Shown here: in pieces, positions 54,393-64,000 of the stretch
How the letters are laid out: each line of letters starts with the position of its first letter
Position numbering within the stretch: the first letter of the stretch is position 1
Source: a virus
Reading direction: 5' to 3' (one strand)
Length of the DNA stretch: 64,000 nt
Virus record (IMG/VR): IMGVR_UViG_3300020182_000020
Notes under the pieces: generated by a model
What the model was told of the DNA's origin: nothing
The model's database searches: none
What the model saw: the letters and a program-made list of their open reading frames with translations, nothing else
Translations under genes and position numbers: made by a program

Positions 54393-55571
54393 ATGGCTAT
54401 AGATTTAAAAGATGTTTTAATAGAAGTCCAAAAACAGGCGTATGCTGCAGATTCTTCTCAGGATACGCTGGACTTATTTTATCTTTTAAAATCTGCTGTT
54501 AGAGCTGATCAAAATCCATTCAAAGAAGTAAACACCAATCTTGATCTAATTGCAATACCTGTTTTGGACAGATCACCAACAATGTATTATAGCAAAGAAA
54601 ATAAAAATTTATATTTTTCTAAAGATAATGAATGGAGAGCTTTAAAGAAATATATTCCAGATTGGTATGGAACCAATGGCTTGTTTGCTTATGGCGGGGG
54701 AACAGCAACAAATATCGACACGATTGACTATGGATCGTTTGCTACTGATACTAGTCCATTCACAGACATTGGAAGTATGTCAGAGACGAAAAGTTATATG
54801 TCAGCTGCTCGAGATTATTCTAGTAAAGACGCGAGTTATATCATAGGAGGCTTTGCCGGCGGCGCAAAATCAACCATTGAAAAACATGCAAACTCAACAA
54901 GCTCGACTAGTGGGTCTTCTGTTGGAAATTTATCAGTAACCTCCTATAGAAATTCTACGGTGGCTTCTACTACTGACGCATATACTCATTTATCAAATAC
55001 TCCACCGAATCCAACTGTTGTGTCAGCCATCGATAAATTTGCTTTTGGCTCTACCGTTACCGGAGTAGAAGTTGGAGATATGCTTGTGGCGTCACCTACA
55101 AACTTAGGGGTAACGGACGCTGTGAATCAAAAGGGATATTTTAGGAGATTCTCGTCTACTGGTATTGAACTAGAAGTATTCCCTTTCTCTTCTGGCGTAC
55201 CATTTACAACTTCGCTTGTTTCTCCATATGGAGCTACTCTACCTGTCGGGCTTGCAACTGCTGCATTCAGTAATCCAACCCAAGGGTATATTGGTGTAAA
55301 CAACTTGATGGAAAGGTTTAACTTTGGAAACGACGCCAGTGTCGCATATGGAAACCCAACAGCACCTGCGACGACTCGGTTGGATGATGTAGGCGCTGGC
55401 TCTGCCAGCGAGACAAAGGGTTATCTCACTGGGCAAGTGGCATCACCGGCAGGAAATGCAATTATTTCATTACCTTTTGCCAATGACGCAGACACTGGTG
55501 TCATGACACCTGGTGTTTTCTCTCCATCGCCAGCAAACCCTGGGGCGAATTCTGGCGGGTCTCATTTTTAA
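54393..55571 (+). CDS. Array member 1: N-terminal adaptor plus Kelch-like FPF/FAF repeat domain
   Basis: MAIDLKDV...DLFYLL; repeats with GG...I.K(F/H)A. Confidence 0.6.
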   Translation: MAIDLKDVLIEVQKQAYAADSSQDTLDLFYLLKSAVRADQNPFKEVNTNLDLIAIPVLDRSPTMYYSKENKNLYFSKDNEWRALKKYIPDWYGTNGLFAYGGGTATNIDTIDYGSFATDTSPFTDIGSMSETKSYMSAARDYSSKDASYIIGGFAGGAKSTIEKHANSTSSTSGSSVGNLSVTSYRNSTVASTTDAYTHLSNTPPNPTVVSAIDKFAFGSTVTGVEVGDMLVASPTNLGVTDAVNQKGYFRRFSSTGIELEVFPFSSGVPFTTSLVSPYGATLPVGLATAAFSNPTQGYIGVNNLMERFNFGNDASVAYGNPTAPATTRLDDVGAGSASETKGYLTGQVASPAGNAIISLPFANDADTGVMTPGVFSPSPANPGANSGGSHF

Positions 55572-57748
55572 TGACTAAAGATATTAAAAAAGTAATTCTT
55601 GCAACACAAAAAAGAGCTGCGGAAGCAACGGCTTCTACTTCAACAAACGATCTTTTGTATTTGTTATCTGTTGTAGAACGCGGCGTTCAAAACAGTGTTA
55701 TTACTGTTAATAACACTGCAGATTTTTCATCAATAGTCGGCCAAGATTCTCAAATATATTATAACAAAGAAGATAAGAAAATGTATTTTGTAAAAAATAA
55801 TACATTTTTTCTATCAGACGGTACTATCTTCTATCCATTAACGGGTGAAGCAGAATCTATCTTGAACACTACGTGGATCTCCACTTACGCTCCTGCCAGT
55901 TATGTTTGGGATGCAACGCCTGGCGCAGAAGGTATTCGTGTAAAAGCGAACGATCCTATTACGAATATGTATCAGATGTTCTCCAATAGTGCTATAAACA
56001 ATTCTGACATCTCATCTTGGGATGTAAGTAGTGTTACTAATATGACTGCTATGTTCAACCTTGCTACCTCGTTCAATCAAAATATTAGTTCTTGGAATGT
56101 AAGTAATGTTACTGCTATGAATGGTATGTTCAACCAAGCAACCGCGTTTAACCAACCTATCGGATCTTGGATTGTAAGTAACGTTACTAATATGTCGAGT
56201 ATGTTCATCCTTGCTACCTCGTTCAATCAAAATATTGGTTCTTGGAATGTGAGTAATGTTACTAATATGAATGCTATGTTCAAAGGTGCTTCAGCATTTG
56301 ATCAAGACATTAGTGGTTGGGATGTGAGTAGTGTTACTGATATGGTTAATATGTTCAATGGTGCTTCGGTATTTGATCAAGACATTAGTGGTTGGGATGT
56401 GTTGGCTGCTAGTGTTGCTATTGACAATTCAACTCCACCTACAGATTTTGATCTCAACACTAATGCCAGTTGGACAGGCGCAGAAAAACCTCTTTGGGGC
56501 ACAGACGGTACAGGCATCCTGTATCCGTTAAGTAATACTGCCACAGATCCTACTAGTAGTACTTGGAGAACTGCTAATCCAACATATCAGTTCTTTGTAA
56601 ACGTTGGTATCTTAATGCCAGCAGGATCGCCTATTACTAGTATGGATAATATGTTCGCTGTTGCTAGTAATCCATTTAATGACCCTGATATTAGTTCTTG
56701 GGATGTAAGTACTGTTAACAATATGAGCTTTGCGTTCTCCTTGAACAACTCATTCAATCAAGACCTTAGTTCTTGGAATGTGAGTAATGTCACTAAAATG
56801 AATAATATGTTCAACGAGTGTTACGCGTTCAATCAAGACCTTAGTTCTTGGAATACAAGTATTGTTACTGATATGAGTAGTATGTTCTACGACGCTTCTG
56901 TATTCAACAACGGCGGTCAACCTTTAACCACAAACGGGAATCAGTGGAATGTAAGTAATGTTACTAGTATGAATAGAATGTTTGCTACTAGTGGTACAGC
57001 AGCGTTCAATCAGGATATTAGTTCTTGGGATGTAAGTAGTGTTACTGATATGGAATTTATGTTCGCTGGTGCTATTGCGTTTGATCAGAACCTTAATGCT
57101 TGGGACGTTACTAACATACCGTCACTACCATCAAACTTTGCCACAGGCGCTACATTATTCACTGTTGATGAACATCCTATCTGGGGTACGGATGGTATAG
57201 ATTACTTAGTTGATCCAACTTATGGAACTTTGGTTGCTTATTATAACGCTTATGGATATAATAATGCTAACGGATATGAATTGAACGCGGTTGCTTCAAA
57301 CTACATCTCTGCTCTTTCGCCAACTTATGAAAATCGTTATGCAATTGACTCGTATTTTGCTTCTAAAATTGCTGCAGGAACAACAATCACATATGTGTTT
57401 ACTGGTAACTTTTCGACATCTGTACACAGATATGCAATTGCGGATTTGTTAACATGTAATGTAAGAGCGATTAATACTACTACTATTGGTCCTTCTGCGT
57501 TTGCGAATTCCCCGCCTGGGGATAACACTGCGGGTTTGCAAACACATTGGCATCAAGAAACTTCGGGCAACACCTTGAGCGGTGGTGATTATAGTTTTCT
57601 AGCCTTGGGTGATGAAATCGGCGATAATCTTAGAAACTTTTCGACGCACAATTTTCAGGTCGCCCCATTTCCCACTAGCGGCGTGGGTCAGTTTACTCAG
57701 GGTCAGGGTGTTACGGGTTCACCAAAAGTCGCAATATACATTGTATAA
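55571..57748 (+). CDS. Array member 2: same adaptor plus BspA-type/DUF285 repeats
   Basis: 25-aa repeats DISSWDVSSVTNM..MF..A..FNQ in two lobes. Confidence 0.8.
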   Translation: MTKDIKKVILATQKRAAEATASTSTNDLLYLLSVVERGVQNSVITVNNTADFSSIVGQDSQIYYNKEDKKMYFVKNNTFFLSDGTIFYPLTGEAESILNTTWISTYAPASYVWDATPGAEGIRVKANDPITNMYQMFSNSAINNSDISSWDVSSVTNMTAMFNLATSFNQNISSWNVSNVTAMNGMFNQATAFNQPIGSWIVSNVTNMSSMFILATSFNQNIGSWNVSNVTNMNAMFKGASAFDQDISGWDVSSVTDMVNMFNGASVFDQDISGWDVLAASVAIDNSTPPTDFDLNTNASWTGAEKPLWGTDGTGILYPLSNTATDPTSSTWRTANPTYQFFVNVGILMPAGSPITSMDNMFAVASNPFNDPDISSWDVSTVNNMSFAFSLNNSFNQDLSSWNVSNVTKMNNMFNECYAFNQDLSSWNTSIVTDMSSMFYDASVFNNGGQPLTTNGNQWNVSNVTSMNRMFATSGTAAFNQDISSWDVSSVTDMEFMFAGAIAFDQNLNAWDVTNIPSLPSNFATGATLFTVDEHPIWGTDGIDYLVDPTYGTLVAYYNAYGYNNANGYELNAVASNYISALSPTYENRYAIDSYFASKIAAGTTITYVFTGNFSTSVHRYAIADLLTCNVRAINTTTIGPSAFANSPPGDNTAGLQTHWHQETSGNTLSGGDYSFLALGDEIGDNLRNFSTHNFQVAPFPTSGVGQFTQGQGVTGSPKVAIYIV
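56009..56400 (+). repeat. 75-bp tandem repeats encoding DUF285 units (second block about 56690-57110)
   Basis: TCTTGG(A/G)ATGTAAGTA(A/G)TGTTACT(A/G)ATATG...ATGTTC recurring. Confidence 0.85.
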
Positions 57749-57751
57749 ATA
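57744..57751 (+). promoter_or_regulatory. T4-type late promoter TATAAATA
   Basis: Exact consensus overlapping the stop of member 2. Confidence 0.7.
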
Positions 57752-57792
57752 GATGTATTAATAATCTATTTCGCTGCGTTGGAGCAATATTA

Positions 57793-59136
57793 GTGCCACT
57801 CGACTTAAATCAAATAAAAGCAGCTCTACAAGCAAAGATAGACGCGTTGACCGCGAACAGTCCGATGTTGGAAGTATTGCAACTAGAACGGGTGGCGCTA
57901 CCATTTGGTACTACTAAGTATTATGATTCAGACGGAGATCTGCCACCCGCAGTTGATTTTCCAGAGGGCTCTATAGTCTCAACTTATCAGCCCGTTTTAA
58001 CTGGTGCAAGTAAAATATTTATAAACTCAGGAGGTTCTTGGGATACGCTTCAAACCTTAGCTAACGCGTTTGAGGGTCAGGCAAAAAATTGGGGTCAAGA
58101 TACGTTTTACAGTTTAAGCAACCAAAGTGAGGTCAAAATGCCCTTCGCGTCTGCTGGCGCATCATCCGTTACAACATTAACTGGGTTTCGTCCTTCAACT
58201 CCGAACCAACAGAGTATAGTTTTTGCAACTTCTACTTCTTCTGCCACACAAGGGTATGTTTCTGGTGGGCAGATGGTTTCTTTTCCTGGGCCTGGAACGC
58301 CGTATAGCGTCAGTACCATAAAATCTTTTACCTATTCTTCAGAAACTCCTGCTGGTCATACAGGAACATTAACAACTGATCGTAGAAAGTCTTTTGGTTT
58401 TCAATCAATTGCTGGAGGAAAGTCATACCATGGGGGAGGCGAGTATTATGATGATACAACGCCAGTGGGACCTGGAGCGCCAGACGGTTACCAACCTATA
58501 AGTACAATAGAATCCTTTCCTCATGCTTCCCCTGCAACAAACGCTAGTATAATAGGCGACATGTCTTTTGTCCCTGCGCCAAATAGCCCAACAAAGTATT
58601 TTACTCATGGCACTGCCATTAACGCAATAGGCGCAGCATATATTGCCAATTTTCAGGTCAATTATGGTTCGCAGGTTAATATAAACGCGAACGAAATCTA
58701 TAAATTTCCATTTGCTTCTTCTACACCAGTTACTGTCTCTGCTTATGGTGTTATATCAGGACAAGATCCTAATGGTTTGATTCGTTCGAACGACGCTAAT
58801 TGGGCGACATTAGAAAATGGTTATATGGTCGGAGGTTTTCAAAGAGGTTCGTCGACACCGACAGTACCTGTCACAACTAGAATTGATAAATTGCCTTTTT
58901 CTAGCGACACTATTGCATCAGCTTCTCCAGGAACCTTGCCGATTGGGAGAACTAATATGGCTTGCGATAATAACGACGACAAAGGTTATGCAATGATGGG
59001 CCATCAGGGCAGTTATGGGTCTGCAGGCGGCGCGAGTAGTACATATACGTTTGCAACTGATGTTGGATCGTACACATCGCCTAATGGATTAACAAGTCCG
59101 GATTTTAGTGCTAACAACATAGGGTTTTCCGTATAA
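57793..59136 (+). CDS. Array member 3: adaptor plus Kelch-like FPFAS propeller
   Basis: GTG start with GGAG RBS; YYDSDGDLP; repeats GY..GG...I.(K/S)FP(F/H)AS. Confidence 0.65.
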   Translation: MPLDLNQIKAALQAKIDALTANSPMLEVLQLERVALPFGTTKYYDSDGDLPPAVDFPEGSIVSTYQPVLTGASKIFINSGGSWDTLQTLANAFEGQAKNWGQDTFYSLSNQSEVKMPFASAGASSVTTLTGFRPSTPNQQSIVFATSTSSATQGYVSGGQMVSFPGPGTPYSVSTIKSFTYSSETPAGHTGTLTTDRRKSFGFQSIAGGKSYHGGGEYYDDTTPVGPGAPDGYQPISTIESFPHASPATNASIIGDMSFVPAPNSPTKYFTHGTAINAIGAAYIANFQVNYGSQVNINANEIYKFPFASSTPVTVSAYGVISGQDPNGLIRSNDANWATLENGYMVGGFQRGSSTPTVPVTTRIDKLPFSSDTIASASPGTLPIGRTNMACDNNDDKGYAMMGHQGSYGSAGGASSTYTFATDVGSYTSPNGLTSPDFSANNIGFSV

Positions 59137-60473
59137 TGGCTATTGACATATCAATACTGACAGCGGCTCTACAAGCGAAGATAGACGCGTTAGATTCGAA
59201 TAGTGCGATATCTGATATCGTTGCCTTAGAAAGAGCGGCACAACAGTTTGGAACGACTACGTATTATGATTCAGACGGAGATTTACCGGAAGCAACTTAT
59301 TTTCCGAAACAATCTATTGTCTCAACATATAGTCCACCAACAGTAAATGTAGCAAGTAAATTATACATCAATAATTTCGGAACGTGGAAAGAAATACAAA
59401 CGTTCAAAACGCAAGTTGCCTTTCAAGGTTCTGATGCAGGTTATGTGGGTAAAGCGATCGTTGCTCCAATTACGACAGAGTTTGCGAAATTTTCATTCGT
59501 TTCTGAAACAGACACTACTATAGTTGGATCTGTAGCTCCTTCTATGGGTGTTGCAGAAATGGAATCATATCTTGGCGGCGGGTCTAGAGGAGCCTCTAGT
59601 AGAGAAAACGGGTATGTGATAGGAGGAGATCCGCCAAGTTGGTTGGCGCCACCCGCGCCGACTGGCAACCGATCAAACGCAGTAACGCAATATAGTTTTG
59701 CGTCAGAAGTGATTTCTCGAGCAGGGTCGTTGACAGATGATAACGCTGATGGATTTACAGACGGGTATAGTATTTCTGCTTTGGATTATCAAGAGGTTTA
59801 CTTTGGTGGTGGAATAAGAGGCACTCCTTTGCCTGTCCCAGAGCGAGATCAACCTTTAGTCAAATTTCCCACAGCAAACCCTTGGGTTTCCGCTACTGTT
59901 AGCGTAGTCTATTATCCTGCAGGCTCTTATCCGAGCCCGATTACATCTGAGCGCTCACCGATCAATGGAGCTATTGGTATTCCTTCATCTACAACAGGAT
60001 ATGTTGTGGGAGGAAGAATTGGAGGTCCAACTACAACTGTTCCACAGCCAATCGACTTCATGAGTACAAATATTAAATCATTTCCTTTTGCTTCTGCGAC
60101 TCCTCTGGACAATACTCGATCATTAACAACAGGAAAAGCTTTTGCAGCAGGAGTCTCGTCAACGACTAATGGATATGTTGTAGGCGGATATGGACCATTT
60201 CCCTCGGGAAATCCTACGCGCGAAATAATAGAATCGTTTCCTTTTGCAAATCCAGCTGCAAATTCTGTAGATGCAGGAAACTTATCTATTCTAGTTTTTA
60301 AAAGCGCTGGAATGAGTTCAACTACAAAGGGATATTCAGCTGCCGGCGCTGGCGGCACGCCAACTCTTGCAATTCAAAGTTTTCCTTATTCTTCTTTTAC
60401 AACTGCAACGACTGTAGCCAACCTCATTACATCAAATAGTGGTTTTACCAACACTGCGAGTTTTCAACAATGA
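59136..60473 (+). CDS. Array member 4: adaptor plus Kelch-like FPFAS propeller
   Basis: Closest to member 3; SSTT.GYVVGG...I.SFPFAS. Confidence 0.65.
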   Translation: MAIDISILTAALQAKIDALDSNSAISDIVALERAAQQFGTTTYYDSDGDLPEATYFPKQSIVSTYSPPTVNVASKLYINNFGTWKEIQTFKTQVAFQGSDAGYVGKAIVAPITTEFAKFSFVSETDTTIVGSVAPSMGVAEMESYLGGGSRGASSRENGYVIGGDPPSWLAPPAPTGNRSNAVTQYSFASEVISRAGSLTDDNADGFTDGYSISALDYQEVYFGGGIRGTPLPVPERDQPLVKFPTANPWVSATVSVVYYPAGSYPSPITSERSPINGAIGIPSSTTGYVVGGRIGGPTTTVPQPIDFMSTNIKSFPFASATPLDNTRSLTTGKAFAAGVSSTTNGYVVGGYGPFPSGNPTREIIESFPFANPAANSVDAGNLSILVFKSAGMSSTTKGYSAAGAGGTPTLAIQSFPYSSFTTATTVANLITSNSGFTNTASFQQ

Positions 60474-61750
60474 CTATTAATATTAAGAACATTGTTAACA
60501 TTGTTGCAAAAAAGATAACCACAGCAGATTCTGCAGAGGCAGGAAATCTGTTGTTTGGGTATCTTAATATCGCTCAGAGACATGGGCTTGGTCAGATTAA
60601 AGAAGGTTCTGATCCAGGAGCGCCTGTTTTACCATCAGATTTTACTAGTCGCGATCAAGACAGATTACGTTACGTTGGCGATAAACTTTATATTCGTAAG
60701 AACGCTGGTTGGTCTAAACAGTTTGTTACTCAAGAGTTTTTTCAGGGACAAACATCAGGTTATGTTTCTGGTGGTTTTCATAGATTTCCTAATGGCAGCA
60801 GCACATCGCCGAGATCGATTACAGAATTTTCTTTACTTACTGGTAACACAGTAACTGCTGGGCCTTTGATTATGAACAATCCTGGGCCAGCTCCAGGTTT
60901 TATGCCAACCGACAAACAAGTCGGAGTTCCTAATCATACGACAACTGCTTATATTTTCGGCGGTTATGTTCAACCACCATATGGGTATATAACAGATAAT
61001 ATAAACAAGTTTCTTTTTGCAAACCCAAGCACTTATAGTTCCGATATTGCGTCATTAGCTGCAGCCGTAAGCAATAACGCTAGTGCTAGTGACGCTACTG
61101 CTGGATATGTTATGGGCGGTGACGAACTACCAACTCCACCAAATCAGAATCAATCGCAGCAGGTGCAAAAGTTCATTTTTGCGAGCGAAACTCCTGCAAC
61201 TGTATCTACGACTTTAACCCTCCCAGTGCGGCAGAATGGTGGGCATTCATCTGATGTCAATGGGTATAGTGCTGCTGGTTTTTCATTCTTCCCAGGTCCA
61301 GGTAATGTAGGAAGAGTTGATGGGTTTCCTTTTGCGTCTCCAGGTGGTACATTTGTAGCACAAACTCCTGAATTGTCGCCGACCAGTGGCAAGTGTTCCA
61401 TCAGTAGTTTTACTCATGGATATCTCATCGGCGGGGTGATTTCCACTCCAACTCCAATATACGTCGCTCAGAAATATTCGTTTGCAAACAACACCCCAGT
61501 TACTACATTTCCATATTTTTTAAATACTTATACGGATGCAACTGGGATTTCTGGAGAAAATGAAGGTTTTTATGCAGGTGGGGCAGTTGTTGTTACTCCC
61601 ACATCGCCGTTTCCAAACTCTGGGCCGGTCAGTGGATATATACAAAAGTTTCCATACGCGAGCGAAGTAATTGTTAATCATGCAAATATGACCCAAAGCG
61701 GCGACTCATTAGCAACAAATGGTAAACAAATGGCAGGGAATCAAAGATAG
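60470..61750 (+). CDS. Array member 5: adaptor plus Kelch-like propeller
   Basis: MTINIKNIVNIVAKK; GY..GG...KF.FA repeats. Confidence 0.65.
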   Translation: MTINIKNIVNIVAKKITTADSAEAGNLLFGYLNIAQRHGLGQIKEGSDPGAPVLPSDFTSRDQDRLRYVGDKLYIRKNAGWSKQFVTQEFFQGQTSGYVSGGFHRFPNGSSTSPRSITEFSLLTGNTVTAGPLIMNNPGPAPGFMPTDKQVGVPNHTTTAYIFGGYVQPPYGYITDNINKFLFANPSTYSSDIASLAAAVSNNASASDATAGYVMGGDELPTPPNQNQSQQVQKFIFASETPATVSTTLTLPVRQNGGHSSDVNGYSAAGFSFFPGPGNVGRVDGFPFASPGGTFVAQTPELSPTSGKCSISSFTHGYLIGGVISTPTPIYVAQKYSFANNTPVTTFPYFLNTYTDATGISGENEGFYAGGAVVVTPTSPFPNSGPVSGYIQKFPYASEVIVNHANMTQSGDSLATNGKQMAGNQR

Positions 61751-61758
61751 ATATACTA

Positions 61759-63021
61759 ATGACTATTAATATTAAAAACATTATTAACATTGTAGCAAAG
61801 AAAGCGCACCTTGCTGACTCTAGCGAATCTGCGAATTCTTTGTCTAGCTATTTAAATATTTTACAAAGGCAAGGGAAAGGTCTTGCAAAAGTATATTCTT
61901 CCTTACCGAATCTTGTAAACGAAGGGTTTGACGATCAAGACAGACTTGCAATTGTTAACGGTATATTACACTTGCGTAAAAATGCTGGTTGGTATGGTGG
62001 TCCTGGTGGACCTTTTCAGGGATCGAATTATGGATTTTCTGTTTTTAGAAAAGATACTAATCCAGGAACTTCTGAACTTGAAAGATTTCCTTTTGCTAGC
62101 ACTGTTACTTCAGTCAATTTTGCTTCAATAGGAACTACTCCAGGATCTCCGTTCTCTAGCGCAAAATCAAGAGTTGGTGGGGGAATTAGTGATCCCTCAA
62201 CCACTAATGGTTATCAAACAGGTGGCCAGCCGCCAGGCGCGCCGAATGGAAACGTTGACATTTTTAAGTTTAATATGACTACTGGTACGCCTGTTGTTGT
62301 TTATGGTGGAACATTAACAGTAGGAAGATATAGCATCTGTAATCATTCAGACACAGAAAACGCACAAGGATTTACTTCGGGAGGTCGTGAGGTATCTGGA
62401 CCCCCGAACCCTACGCCTTATAGCACTGTCTGTGAAAAATTTTCGTTTACATCAGAAGCACCCGTTACTGATGTTGGTAATCTTTCTTCTGGAAGAATAC
62501 GAGGTACAGGAATAACAGATAACACTAACGGTCGCGCATATTCTATTGGCGGTCAAGCGTTAACTCAACCGTTGGCCCTTGCACAGACAGTCGATCAGTT
62601 CCCTTTTGCGTCTCCGTTTACTACAGCCACAGATATTGGAGATATTGGAGGAACCGGTGTGGTATGGGGGTTCGGTGGGAGTTCGCTTCAGAACGGATAT
62701 GTCGGAGGGGGAAATTATGGTACTCCGAACAATGCAAACGGATATTTGAGTAGATTTCCTTTTTCGGCACCATTTACAACTTCTACTCAAACAGGCAATT
62801 TATTACAGAAAACAGTAGCTAGCACTACTTCGTGTTCGATAACTGATATGTATATTACTGGCGGTTGGGCAGCTTCAGATCCAGTTGGTGGGGCGACACA
62901 ATATTCTAGCATTGACAAGTTTTCTTTTGCGAGTGAAAATCCTACTGTTAGTGTGGCTACTATTTCTCCTGTTGCTCAAGCACAGACTCCCGTATCGCAT
63001 GGATCAGGTCACCAATACTAA
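61759..63021 (+). CDS. Array member 6: adaptor plus Kelch-like propeller
   Basis: MTINIKNIINIVAKK; FPFAS repeats. Confidence 0.65.
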   Translation: MTINIKNIINIVAKKAHLADSSESANSLSSYLNILQRQGKGLAKVYSSLPNLVNEGFDDQDRLAIVNGILHLRKNAGWYGGPGGPFQGSNYGFSVFRKDTNPGTSELERFPFASTVTSVNFASIGTTPGSPFSSAKSRVGGGISDPSTTNGYQTGGQPPGAPNGNVDIFKFNMTTGTPVVVYGGTLTVGRYSICNHSDTENAQGFTSGGREVSGPPNPTPYSTVCEKFSFTSEAPVTDVGNLSSGRIRGTGITDNTNGRAYSIGGQALTQPLALAQTVDQFPFASPFTTATDIGDIGGTGVVWGFGGSSLQNGYVGGGNYGTPNNANGYLSRFPFSAPFTTSTQTGNLLQKTVASTTSCSITDMYITGGWAASDPVGGATQYSSIDKFSFASENPTVSVATISPVAQAQTPVSHGSGHQY

Positions 63022-64000
63022 TGGCTATTAACATACAAAAATTAATAAATGCTTTGGAAGCCAAAATAAATGCGGCATCACCCACTTTGCCTGCAGTAGA
63101 GCTTGGTCGTTTGACCCGCGCAAATCGTGTTTTAAATGAAGTTAATAGTGTCATAGATTATGAAACTACTGATCAATTACCTGAAGCGACACAATACAAT
63201 CAGGGTAGAATACTTTGGAATGCTGAAACTCAAAACTATGTTGTGAACTCTTTAGGTACTTGGAAGAATATTGAACTTGATCCGGATATATTAAAAGTTC
63301 CTTATGTTGGTTATGATAACGCGTTCCACGTTGGTGGCAGCGCTGAGCCTGCTGGAACTAACGAGACCGTAGATAAATTTGCTTACGCGTCTGATGTGAT
63401 AACACAATCTTTTACAACAATACCATCAGGGACATATTATAGTACATCTGCCGGAGGTGGTCTTTCTTCTGAAACTGAAGGTTATGCTGTTGGAGGTTCG
63501 AAATTTTCTTTAGGAACTCCAGGAAGCTTTGGGGGTCGAAGATTGTCTAAATTTAATTTTTCTAGTGGAGCAGCGACTGGATTTCCTACGACATATAATC
63601 CGGTCAGCGTGAAAGGCGGTCCAACCGCTTCTTCAAAAATTGATGGATATGGGTTTATAGGAGCGGGATCGGTTTCCCCATCAGGTTCACCGCAAACAAA
63701 ACAAAAATTAGCTTTTGCGAGCGATGCGTTTAGCGCTTCAGGAACTGCTACTCCCATACAAATTGAATCAGGATCAGGCTGTCAATCGTCAACTTTTGGA
63801 TATGAAGTTGGCGGTAGGTACAATAGTGCTCCGCCAGCCACGCCTCATTCTCAAGCAATAAGAAAATATCCCTTTGCTAATGATGGTAATCCTGTTCAAA
63901 TTACAACTTCTTTGTCAATTTATCCAAATGGGTTGGCGCAAACGGCAGGAACTCAAGGGCCTGATGGTGCTGGTTATTTGTTGGGCGGGGATACAACCCA
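63021..64000 (+). CDS. Array member 7 (3'-truncated; not in ORF track): adaptor plus Kelch-like propeller
   Basis: TAATG-coupled ATG at 63021, MAINIQKLINALEAKINA..., frame open to the window end; KFAYAS, KYPFAND. Confidence 0.7.
   Translation, partial: MAINIQKLINALEAKINAASPTLPAVELGRLTRANRVLNEVNSVIDYETTDQLPEATQYNQGRILWNAETQNYVVNSLGTWKNIELDPDILKVPYVGYDNAFHVGGSAEPAGTNETVDKFAYASDVITQSFTTIPSGTYYSTSAGGGLSSETEGYAVGGSKFSLGTPGSFGGRRLSKFNFSSGAATGFPTTYNPVSVKGGPTASSKIDGYGFIGAGSVSPSGSPQTKQKLAFASDAFSASGTATPIQIESGSGCQSSTFGYEVGGRYNSAPPATPHSQAIRKYPFANDGNPVQITTSLSIYPNGLAQTAGTQGPDGAGYLLGGDTT

Noticed and set aside
4030-63757. Many 60-160 aa antisense or alternate-frame ORFs in the track (for example 4030-4395, 41699-42181, 53067-53531, 59927-60358)
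   Set aside because: They lie fully within well-supported genes, lack RBSs or motifs, and look like shadow ORFs.
43285-64000. Diversity-generating retroelement or invertible shufflon behind the paralogs
   Set aside because: No reverse transcriptase or recombinase in the window, no adenine-specific TR/VR pair seen, all genes are co-oriented with their own starts.
1-64000. Genetic code reassignment, introns, inteins, tRNAs
   Set aside because: Core genes are full-length and uninterrupted in code 11; intergenic gaps are under about 100 bp with no cloverleaf.
1-64000. Impression that palindromes such as CTAG, GATC and TCGA are not avoided
   Set aside because: Not quantified; it needs observed/expected k-mer counts before suggesting DNA protection.

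Overview
64 kb segment of a T4-like (T4-superfamily) myovirus genome, probably marine; the host cannot be identified from this window. From left to right: (1) a ~8.5 kb sugar-modification cluster (radical SAM/SPASM fragment, three methyltransferases, two GT9-like, split HldC/HldA heptose-activation enzymes, cupin, HAD phosphatase, two GT25, GT8-like); (2) an exonuclease and an island of small ORFs behind two copies of a conserved early-type promoter; (3) thyX, DenV-like glycosylase, ugd, gp33, gp32; (4) the tail/baseplate module (tape-measure-like, gp51, gp26, gp54/19-like, gp2, gp4, gp48, gp53, hub, gp5 split around an amidase gene, gp25, gp6, gp8, DUF4815/VrlC, gp7-like); (5) a large fibre/adhesin region with a paralogous gene pair, a 1795-aa Asp-Ser repeat fibre, and a tandem array of at least 7 genes that share an N-terminal adaptor but carry Kelch-like propeller or DUF285 domains. 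Strongest leads: a likely -1 frameshift fusing gp26 to gp51 upstream of the tape measure gene; a possible phage-encoded heptose-transfer system acting on the serine-rich fibre; and the modular adhesin array. All family calls come from motif recognition by eye, not from database searches. No tRNA, CRISPR, integrase, intron or intein was seen.
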